A stretch of 64,000 bases of DNA, taken from positions 39,928,001 through 39,992,000 of the forward strand of contig OZ024758.1 in NCBI GenBank assembly GCA_964016885.1, in the 5' to 3' direction. This document shows, in pieces, positions 24,483 to 35,400 of the stretch (positions are counted from its first letter, which is position 1; every line of letters starts with the position of its first letter). This stretch comes from Eledone cirrhosa. Taxonomy: Eukaryota. The position numbers and the translations under genes were made by a program. Below the pieces are notes generated by a model. It had not been told where the DNA came from. It searched no databases and worked only from the letters and a program-made list of their open reading frames with translations.

Positions 24483-26360
24483 ATGTTAAACGCAGCGAAC
24501 GAAAATAGTGGTGGGGGGACAGCGGTAAGAGTTGTAAGCTCGCACGCTTTAGTCCTCCCTTCCTTCCCAACTAACGTCATAGAGAAGGAAGGAAAAATGA
24601 AAATAAAAACGGACGAATCTGCGGAGAAAAAATTAAATGACGAAAACAACGAAAAAAAAAAATTTGAAAAATTGCATGACAATACTAATAACACAAACAA
24701 AGACACAACAAACAAAAAAATAACAGTTGAAAATAACATCATATCAGAAAACAAAGCAGACGACAAGATTTCATTTGCACAGAAAACAAAGAAATCTTTG
24801 ACTTATATAGCGGAAAACATTTCAGATGTGGTACGAAGGATCACGGACGCAAAACAATACATAAGTGAAGGTGAGAATGGTATTTTATTGGTAAAAATGC
24901 CTCAAGAATTCACGAAAGACATTGAAAGCCGAACGGTCAAGTTTCGGACCATCAACAACAGTACAAAAAAACCTGAACAGCCTTCTCAAGCAGATATCAA
25001 AACAGTACTCGCAGAAGTACTGAATGAAACAACTTTCATAAGAAAAGACAGACTGTATGGAAGCCTAGCAATTATCATGAAGAACGAATCGGCGGCAAAA
25101 AAATGTGCTTTGTCACCGATTCGTTCGAAAAATTTCACCTTTTATCCATCTTATATGGGAAAAAAAACTCAACGCATATGGCTGGATGCAATGATGCCAG
25201 ATGTGGACTACTGCTGGCTCATAGCTGGCTTCATCGATCCAGTGAATGACAACGTGATTTCCATTGGGAAAACCACAGGCAATGCGTTCAGTGGAACAGG
25301 TATAGAGCTGGTAGTACAAATGAAGCCTGAACGCATCGCCCAAATACCCGACAGAATCCTATTAGAGGACCACGGGTATATAAACATTAGCGTGGAGGGG
25401 AGAAGGCCGTCCTGCCATATCTGTGCAGGCAGAGGGTACCTGAAGGCCGCTTGTCCCCAACTCAACAAAAAGAAAACCCTGCTACCAACACCAGCTCCAC
25501 CACCACCACCACAACAGATAAACAAACAACAAAACTCAGTCCCACCCAACCCGTCCCTCAGTAACACCACAACACCACCACAACACAAACAGTCACAACA
25601 CATTACCCCAAAACAAAATACAGGCCCACCCAACCTCTCACTCAATAAAACAACACAACCACCGCAGACACAACACACAACACAGTCTAACATAGTGACA
25701 TCCATCTCCCCCACAAAGAAAACCAACACGGAAACATTACCAGCAAACATACCTCTTCCCTCCAACACTGAAGATAACCCAACGAATTCGGAGGAAGAAA
25801 CGGAGTCCTTCAGACAGATTAAAAGGAAAAAAAGAAAACATGTGCAAAACACACAAGGACAAACAACCCCCACCCAAATCGCAACACAATCTAACAAAAC
25901 AGAAAACACCCCTCCAGCAACAAACAAAACCAAACCTGCCCCTCCCCTCTTCGAAACACTCACACCATCGGAAAAAAAGACATTACACTATACTTACATC
26001 AACAGAAACAATAATAAATTAAATGAACTCATATACAATAATCCTTCGGTACAAACCGAAGGTGTAAACTTTGTTTCATCAGAAAACCACCCACATTTAA
26101 AACTAATAAAAATCCCAATGAACCTCTACCAAAAACTAAAAAAGGATTTTAAGGAGGACGTAGGACCACCCTCTGTCAAACCCATAAACCGCGTCCTACT
26201 AAAAAGATTTCCCCCTCCCCTTCCCCTCCCCAACACAACTCCAAACACCCCAACCCCACCACACACCGACGACCCCACACCACCACAAGACACCCCTTCA
26301 CCCAACACCCCCGACCCCATGGAAGTCGTGCAACCCGAACCCCGGGAAGCGGAAAGGTAG
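24483..26360 (+). CDS. LINE ORF1p of copy B, open 625 aa (knuckle His>Tyr)
   Basis: ATG start; CHICAGRGYLKAAC; Pro/Thr-rich linker; conserved C-terminal NPSVQTEG..LKLIKIPM..PINRVLLK block. Confidence 0.88.
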   Translation: MLNAANENSGGGTAVRVVSSHALVLPSFPTNVIEKEGKMKIKTDESAEKKLNDENNEKKKFEKLHDNTNNTNKDTTNKKITVENNIISENKADDKISFAQKTKKSLTYIAENISDVVRRITDAKQYISEGENGILLVKMPQEFTKDIESRTVKFRTINNSTKKPEQPSQADIKTVLAEVLNETTFIRKDRLYGSLAIIMKNESAAKKCALSPIRSKNFTFYPSYMGKKTQRIWLDAMMPDVDYCWLIAGFIDPVNDNVISIGKTTGNAFSGTGIELVVQMKPERIAQIPDRILLEDHGYINISVEGRRPSCHICAGRGYLKAACPQLNKKKTLLPTPAPPPPPQQINKQQNSVPPNPSLSNTTTPPQHKQSQHITPKQNTGPPNLSLNKTTQPPQTQHTTQSNIVTSISPTKKTNTETLPANIPLPSNTEDNPTNSEEETESFRQIKRKKRKHVQNTQGQTTPTQIATQSNKTENTPPATNKTKPAPPLFETLTPSEKKTLHYTYINRNNNKLNELIYNNPSVQTEGVNFVSSENHPHLKLIKIPMNLYQKLKKDFKEDVGPPSVKPINRVLLKRFPPPLPLPNTTPNTPTPPHTDDPTPPQDTPSPNTPDPMEVVQPEPREAER

Positions 26361-26393
26361 GTCTCTACACTCTCCTTTGGCTCTGCCGCCCAC

Positions 26394-29300
26394 ATGGATG
26401 TGTTAAGAGTAGGATGTTTGAATGCACGTGGCCTGGGCTCAACTTGGAAGCAAGCAAAGCTTCTAAATGACCTCAGGTCATGTAGTATAAATATAATGGT
26501 TATCTGTGAGACTCGAATCAGCGTCGTGCGGCAGCTGGCCCCCACCTTCGATGACTTTGAGGTGCATGCATCTCTCTGTCAACCTGGAGGTGGGGGTGGG
26601 GTTGTCGTGCTGCTGCAAAAACACCTGGGTCTTGCCGTACAGGTTGTGCACTCGGACCCGGAGGGTCGTTTGTTGGTGCTAGACGTTGGCAGTAGTGAAA
26701 GTGCGGCCTTGAGACTGGTCGCCGTCTACTCCCCTTTCGGAGCTGAACGGCCCGACTTCTTCCAGCGTTTGGAGACTTTTCTGGGAACGTCGCGTTCCCT
26801 GCTTCTAGCGGGGGATTGGAATGACTCCTAGATGCACGTTGGGACTATGCAGGAGCATGTCCTAATAGAGGGGGGTGTAACAGCCTCAAGGGGTTACTCG
26901 ACCGTTTTAACTTGGTCGATAGATATCGACTAGATTTTCCAACTGTGCCTACCTGGACTTGGAGAAACCACAGTGGTCAATCTAGATCGTACTTAGATAG
27001 ATTCTTAGTTAGAAGTAAGGATAGGGACATATTAAGCTGTCCAGAAATGCGCACGGTTGGCTACACGGATCACAAATTAGTGACCTGCGTGGTCAATCTC
27101 GAGAAAACACATAGACAGGGTCCCGGTTACTGGAAACTTAATTTGTCTTTACCGGCAAAAGAGACTTACAGAAACCGGATTAGCAGATTAGTTAAGGAGA
27201 GGTTGACGGGTGCAATCGTCAACAACCGATGGTGGGCATCTCTCAAAAGAGAGATTAGAACAGAATCAATAAGTTATAGCAAGATGTTAGCTGCCAATAG
27301 GAATAGAAACGAGAAAGAATTAACAGGTAAATTAGAAGAGGCAATCAAGAGCGAAGATGTGGCCAGAGTGCTGGCATCGAGGACGGCCTTGAACCAGTTT
27401 TTCGATGCAAAGCATGAAGGCTGCGTCATTCGAAGTAAAATACGTGCTCTAGGTAATGAGGGGGCCAAAGCCGTTGGATGGGCCCCGCGTGACAGAAGCT
27501 AAAAGTTGAAATCGATCCACCATCCGGTCGTTGCAAGACGAAGATGGACGAGTGATCCGGGAGCCTAAGCAGATGTGCGAGGCCTTTCAAAAGCACTTTG
27601 CCCGATTGTTCGGGGGAGGCGAGGGTCCGGGCCGGGGCGTGGATTTCGGTCCATACCTCGACGGCCTGCCGCGTCTCTCGAACAAAGAGGCAGAGTCCTG
27701 CGAGGGACCAATCTCGGCTGATGAGATCGGAGATGCGCTGAGCCAATGCAGCAGACGCAAATCTCCAGGTCTCGATGGTATACCTTACGAACTTTATTTA
27801 GCAATGCCGGTCTTCTTCTCCGAACTCCTCGAAGCGGTCTACTGCAATTGGCAGCAGAACGGGAGAATTCCTTGTTCTGTAGCCAAGGGCGTAGTCACGC
27901 TGGTGAGGAAGGACGAGAACAAGGGGGATAGTATAAATAATTTTCGGCCCATAACCCTGCTAAACACAGAGTTAAAGATTTTGGCCAAGGTGTTAGCAAA
28001 GAGGTTGGCGCTTGTCGTGGGTGGCCTGGTGGGAGATGCGCAGACATGTGCTATCCCATCCAGGTCCATTCACGATAACCTCCACCTCATGCGATACATC
28101 ATAGAGAGGGTTGGCAACAAACCCGGCTTCGGTGGGGCCCTGATCAACTTGGATCAGTCTAAGGCCTTCGATAGGGTCGACCATGGTTACCTGGATGCGG
28201 TGCTAGCGGCGGCTGGGTTCGGTCCTGTTTTCAGAGGCTGGATCACTGCCCTACATAGCAACCACATCTGTTCTAGGATCAAGGTGAACGGCTACCTTTC
28301 GAAGCCGTTCGAAATCACACTATCCATTCGACAGCGGTGCCCTCTGTCCTCCCTTCTGTACGTATTGACTCTCGAGCCTTTACTGAGGAAGTTGGAGTTG
28401 TTGCAGGGTATCCCCCTGGAACCAGGATTGAGCAAAGCGGTGTCGGCCTACGCCGATGACGTAACAGTAATGGTATCAACCGACTCGGAGATCGAGGCGA
28501 TCGGTACCTTACTGGAGGAGTACGAAAGGTTGTCAGGAGCGAAACTGAACCGGGAAAAATCCATCGGGCTGCAACTCGGAACGTGGAGAGGCAGACCGAT
28601 GCCTCCTGACGGTGTCGTCGGACACTGGACGGAGGGCCCGGTAAAGTTGCTTGGGGTCTGGTTTGGACCGGACCTCCAGGTGGAAAAGAACTGGAACGAG
28701 GTTACGAACAAGGTGTTTGCACTAACCCAGAAATGGGCCAAGTGTAAGCTGTCCCTAAAAGGCCGGGCGGAGGTGGCGAACATTTACATAGCGTCCGTCA
28801 CTTACTACCGCCTGACTGTCGTGCCTTGCCCTAAGGAAACACTCACCACCATGGAACGCATGCTCTTCCAATTTCTTTGGAAGAAGCGTCCTCCTATGGT
28901 GAGAAGATCCATCTGCTGCCAACAACCTTCGAAAGGAGGGCTGGGGATGCCGTGGTTGATGATGCGTAGGCACGCATTAAGGCTACGGCACCTACAGGTA
29001 TTCCTCACTGGTCAACCGGTGTGGGCTCCGTTCGTGAAACGAGCCTTTCCGAGACTCGTCTCACTCACCGAGCTACAGTCCTGGGTCAAGCAAAGATCCG
29101 GAAAACTGGGAGACTGGCACACTGAGTGTGCTCAGGCGCTCAGGGCTCTCTGGCAAGCGGGCCGGGCCATCGGTGGAGAATCCACCTCATCATTCTATAG
29201 AGGGCTGGTGGCTAGCAGGGGCGATGACACCCTTGGAGAGTCGCTGGACATGGAAGAAGACGAACTGGCCAGCCTGTTCGGTAGGACTTTCGGCCCAGGA

Positions 29301-29831
29301 CCAATGGACAACTTCCAGAAGTCACTGGCCTGGCAGTGCTACCGAGGGGCTCTACCCGTTCGAGAGAGGCTCTACAGACACGGGAGCCCGGGCAGGGATC
29401 CCTCAAAAAAGATTTGCCCTAGATGCGTGCGTCACGAAGAAACCGTGGCGCACGCATTGGTGCAATGTCCTGGCGTGGCTGATCTGTGGGGCTACGCCGA
29501 ACAACTGCTGTCGCGGGTGGCGCCGATTAAATTGACCGCCGAGTCCGTGATGACAATCAAACCGCCTCCCCTCTTCACAAAGGAAGCAAAGGCGGTTTTT
29601 CTGTGCGTAATAGCCATGTTGAAAGAGGTTGTTTGGTGGACACGATTGAAAGGTCTGAGGTCAGGCAACTTCCTCTCTGGCCATAGTCTGGTCTACTTCT
29701 TCCGATATCACTTCGGAAGAAGGATAAGAATGGAGAGAGAGGTGCTTGGCCACAGGCAGTTTTATGAAAGGTGGGTGATAGTGGCGAGAATGGCTCGTGT
29801 AAATGGGCCTTCTCTGTATACCATCCTGTAG
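26394..29831 (+). pseudogene. ORF2p of copy B, with frameshifts at about 26824 and 27485, an internal stop at about 27508 and an RT QG>QR change
   Basis: ORFs 26394-26831, 26912-27502 and 27531-29831; IRQRCPLS instead of IRQGCPLS. Confidence 0.93.
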
Positions 29832-30045
29832 GTAAAGAAGTAAAGGAGAGGGGAGCACCTTCTCCATGTGCTCCCCGGGCAAAGGATTGCACACTTTTTC
29901 GGGGGTGTGTGCAACCCCCATCACGTCCCCTCCCTTTTGAGGTTATTTTCGATTATTTTCATGTTACACCCTTTTTACTCGATTATATGTAAACTCCCCC
30001 TTTGTATTTGTCCCTTCTTTTTATGCCTTTATGGTAAATAAAGAA

Positions 30046-30081
<36 letters not shown>

Positions 30082-30236
30082 GTCAGTTTATCTCTCTATA
30101 TATCCATCAATCTGTATTATTGTGTGTGTGTGTGTGTGTATGCGTGTGCATGTGTGTATGCGTGTGCATGTCTCTGTGTGTGTATATGTGTGTGCATGTC
30201 TGTGTGTGTGTGTGTGTGTGTATGTTTGTGTGTGTT

Positions 30237-31177
30237 AACACGTAAAGAGAGAGGAGTGGTTTTACCACCTCATACTACTCCCCTCTCTTTACGTCTGCTT
30301 CCACCCTACAACACGTAAAGAGAGAGGAGTGGTTTTACTACCTCATACTACTCCCCTATCTTTACGTCTGCTTCCACCCTACAACACGTAAAGAGAGAGG
30401 AGTGGTTTTACTACCTCATACTACTCCCCTCTCTTTACGTCTGCTTCCACCCTACAACACGTAAAGAGAGAGGAGTAGTTTTACTACCTCATACTACTCC
30501 CCTCTCTTTACGTCTGCTTCCTCCCTACAACACGTAAAGAGAGAGGAGTAGTTTTACTACCTCATACTACTCCCTTCTCTTTACGTCTGCTTCCTCCCTA
30601 CAACACGTAAAGAGAGAGGAGTAGTTTTACTACCTCGTACTACTCCCCTATCTTTACGTCTGCTTCCTCCCTACAACACGTAAAGAGAGAGGAGTAATTT
30701 TACTACCTCATACTACTCCCCTCTCTTTACGTCTGCTTCCACCCTACAACACGTAAAGAGAGAGGAGTAGTTTTACTACCTCATACTACTCCCCTCTCTT
30801 TACGTCTGCTGCCACCCTACAACACGTAAAGAGAGAGGAGTAGTTTTACTACCTCATACTACTCCCCTCTCTTTACGCCTGCTGCCACCCTACAACACGT
30901 AAAGAGAGAGGAGTAGTTTTACTACCTCATACTATTCCCCTCTCTTTACGTCTGCTGCCTCCCTACAACACGTAAAGAGAGAGGAGTAGTTTTACTACCT
31001 CATACTACTCCCCTCTCTTTACGTCTGCTTCCTCCCTACAACACGTAAAGAGAGAGGAGTAGTTATACTACCTCATACTACTCCCCTCTCTTTACGTCTG
31101 CTGCCACCCTACAACACGTAAAGAGAGAGGAGTAGTTTTACTACCTCATACTACTCCCCCCTCTTTACGTCTGCTGC
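30237..31177. repeat. Minisatellite, 13 x 73 bp, each unit containing a 21-bp hairpin
   Basis: aac-acgtaaagagagaggagtagt-tttactacctcat-actactcccctctctttacgt-ctgcttccaccctac; starts at 30237, 30310, 30383 and so on. Confidence 0.95.
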
Positions 31178-31850
31178 CTGCGTGAATGTATGTGTGGGTA
31201 AAACGAAGGAGGAGTGGTGAAAAAACTATAGCAAAACAGAGGCTAGCGTTCCATTTACTACGCTGTGTGTGAATGTATGCGTGTGTGTGTTTGTGTGTAT
31301 GTATGTGTGAGAGTGTGTTTGTGTATATGTGTGTGTGAGTGATTGTGTAAATGTATATGAGAGTGTTTGTATGAATGCATGTGTGTGGGTTTCTGTAAAT
31401 GTATGTGTGTATCTGTTTGTGTGAATCTATGTGTGTATTTGTGTATATGTGTGTATTTGTGTGAATGTATCTTGTGTTTGTGTAAATGTATGTGTGTGTG
31501 AGTTTGAATGTGTGTGTGTGTATGAATGTATGTGTGTGTTTGTGTGACTATGTCTGTGAGTCTGTATTTTTGTAAGTGTGTCTTTGTTTACACGTTTATA
31601 TTTATATACTCATACATATAAATGTATGCATATGAACATACACACACACATACATACGCATGCACATACATATACACATACGCGTCAGCGTGTTGAAAGA
31701 AATTCCTAGTAAGAGAAATTAACCAGTCAACCTGACAACAATGCGGACCTTATGCCTACTAATCCCGTCTCCTCCATTACAACCATTCATCCGACCGTCC
31801 ATGAAGCTAAATGAAGCTTTCAGTTATTGATGATTTTAAATAAGGATTTA

Positions 31851-31917
31851 TTTTATTTTATTTTATTTTATTTTATTTTATTTTATTTTATTTTATTTTA
31901 TTTTATTTTATTTTATT

Positions 31918-31940
<23 letters not shown>
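31851..31940. repeat. (TTTTA)n microsatellite
   Basis: Direct inspection. Confidence 0.95.
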
Positions 31941-31948
<8 letters not shown>

Positions 31949-32083
31949 TTTTATTTATTTTTATTTTTTTTTGCATTTTTTTCGTTCTTTCTAGTTTTTT
32001 TCTTCCGAATGAGCCGTTTAAAAGATCGAGAAAAAATAAACCACAACACGAAATATAATATAAATAAATATATAAAATAGACT

Positions 32084-32125
<42 letters not shown>

Positions 32126-32219
32126 GTAGTATACATGCTTGCATATATATATATATGTATGTATACATGCTTGCATATATATATATATGTATGTATACAT
32201 GCATACATACATACATATA

Positions 32220-32267
<48 letters not shown>

Positions 32268-32410
32268 AGTGTGTAATACTTTGTTACGCAAACAAGCAAA
32301 CAGAATATAGAGCATACACACACATAGAATACTCATAACATACACATACACACACAAAATGAATTAAAGAATATGTAAATACAATCGTTAATTGACCAGA
32401 AAAAAAAAGC

Positions 32411-35400
32411 CCACAACCACCACTACCACTAACAACACCACCACTAGCATCACTACCACTAACAACACCACCACTAGCATCACCACCACCACCACAACCA
32501 CCACTACCACTAACAACACCACCACTAGCATCACCACCACCACCACAACCACCACTACCACTAACAACACCACCACTAGCATCACCACCACCACCACAAC
32601 CACCACTACCACTAACAACACCACCACTAGCATCACCACCACCACCACAACCACCACTACCACTAACAACACCACCACTAGCATCACCACCACCACAACC
32701 TCCACTACCACTAACAACACCACCACTACCAGTAACAACACCACCACCACCACAACCACCACTACCACTAACAACACCACCACTAGCATCACCACCACCA
32801 CAACCTCCACTACCACTAACAACACCACCACTACCAGTAACAACACCACCACCACCACAACCACCACTACCACTAACAACACCACCACTAGCATCACCAC
32901 CACCACAACCTCCACCACCACTAACAACACCACCACCACCACAACCACCATTACCACTAACAACACCACCGCTAGCATAACACCACCACCACAGCCATCA
33001 ACACCAATAACACCACTAGTAGAACTACCACCACCACCACCAACACCAATAACACCACTAGTACTACCACAACCACCAACACCAACACCAATAACACCAC
33101 TAGTACTACTACAACCACAAACACCAACACCAATAAAACCACTAGTACTACTACCACCATGATCACCACCACCAACAACACCAATAACACCACTAGTACT
33201 ACCACCACCACCACCACCACCACCACCAACACCAATAACACCACTAGTACTACTACCACCACGACCACCACCAACACCTATAACACCACTAGTACTACCA
33301 CCACGACCACCAGCACCACTACCACCAATAACACCACTAATACTACTACCACCACGACCACCACCGCTACCACCAATAACACCACTAGTACTACTACACC
33401 CACCAACACCAACACCAATAACACCACTAGTACTACCACAACCACCACCACAACCACCAACACCAATAACACCACTAGTACTACCACAACCACCACCACG
33501 AACACCAATAACGCCACTAGTACTACTACCAACACCACCACCACCAACACCAATAACACCACTAGTACTACTACCACCACGACCACCACCACCGCTACCA
33601 CCAATAACACCACTAGTACTACTACACCCACAACCACCAACACCAATAACACCACTAGTACTACCACAACCACCACCACCAACACCAATAACGCCACTAG
33701 TACTACTACCAACACAACCACCAACTCCAATAACACCCCTAGTACTACCACCACCACCACCACCAACACCAATAACACCACTAGTACTACCACAACCACC
33801 ACCACTAACACCAATAACACCACTAATACCACCACCACCACCACCACCTCCAACACCAATAACAACAGCAATAACACCACTAGTACTACCACCACCACCA
33901 CCACCACCTCCAACACCAACAACAACACCAATAACACCACTAGTACTACCACCACCACCAACACCAATAACACCATTAGTACTACCACCACCACCACCAC
34001 CAACACCAATAACACCACTAGTACTACCACAGCCACCACCACCAACAGCAACACCAATAACACCACTAGTACTACCACCACCACCACCACCACCACCAAC
34101 ACCAACAACAACACCAATAACACCACTAGTACTACCACCACCACCAACACCAATAACACCATTAGTACTACCACCACCACCACCACCAACGCCAATAACA
34201 CCACTAGTACTACCACAACCACCACCACCAACACCAATAACACCACTAGTACTACCACAACCACCACCACCACCACCACCAACACCAATAACACCACTAG
34301 TACTACCACAACCACCACCACCAACACCAATAACACCACTAGTACTACTACCACCACCACCAACACCAATAACACCACTAGTACTACTACCACCACCACC
34401 ACCAACACCAATAACACCACTAGTAATACTACCATCACCACCACCACCAACACCAATAACACCACTAGTACTACTACCACCACCACCACCACCAACACCA
34501 ATAACACCACTAGTACTACTACCACCACCACCACCACCAACACCAATAACACCACTAGTACTTCTACCACCACCACCACCAACACCAATAACACCACTAG
34601 TACTACTACCACCACCACCACCACCAACACCAATAACACCACTAGTACTACTACCACCACCACCACCAACACCAATAACACCACTAGTACTACTACCACC
34701 ACCACCACCAACACCAATAACACCACTAGTACTGCTACCACCACCACCAACACCAATAACACCACTAGTACTACTACCACCACGACCACCACCAACACCA
34801 ATAACACCACTAGTACTACTACCACCACGACCACCACCAACACCAATAACACCACTAGTACTACTACCACCACGACCACCACCAACACCAATAACACCAC
34901 TAGTACTACTACCACCACCAACACCAATAACACCACTAGTACTACTACCACCACCACCACCACCAACACCAATAACACCACTAGTACTACTACCACCACG
35001 ACCACCACCAACACCAATAACACCACTAGTACTCTTACCACCACCACCACCACCAACACCAATAACACCACTAGTACTACTACCACCACCAACACCAATA
35101 ACACCACTAGTACTACCACCACGACCACCACCAACACCAATAACACCACTAGTACTACTATACCACCACCACCAACACCAATAACACCACTAGTACTACT
35201 ACCACCACCACCACCACCAACACCAATAACACCACTAGTACTACTACCACCACGACCACCACCAACACCAATAACACCACTAGTACTACCACCACGACCA
35301 CCACCAACACCAATAACACCACTAGTACTACTACCACCACCAACACCAATAACACCACTAGTACTACTATACCACCACCACCAACACCAATAACACCACT

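Larger units (their letters stand above)
24248..30047 (+). mobile_element. Full-length Tx1/L1-clade LINE copy B, ORF2 defective
   Basis: Starts right after (TCTA)n at 24166-24247 and ends AATAAAgaaa(tcta)n. Nearly identical to copy A. Confidence 0.95.

Noticed and set aside
30237-31177. CRISPR array
   Set aside because: No unique spacers, no cas genes, eukaryotic context
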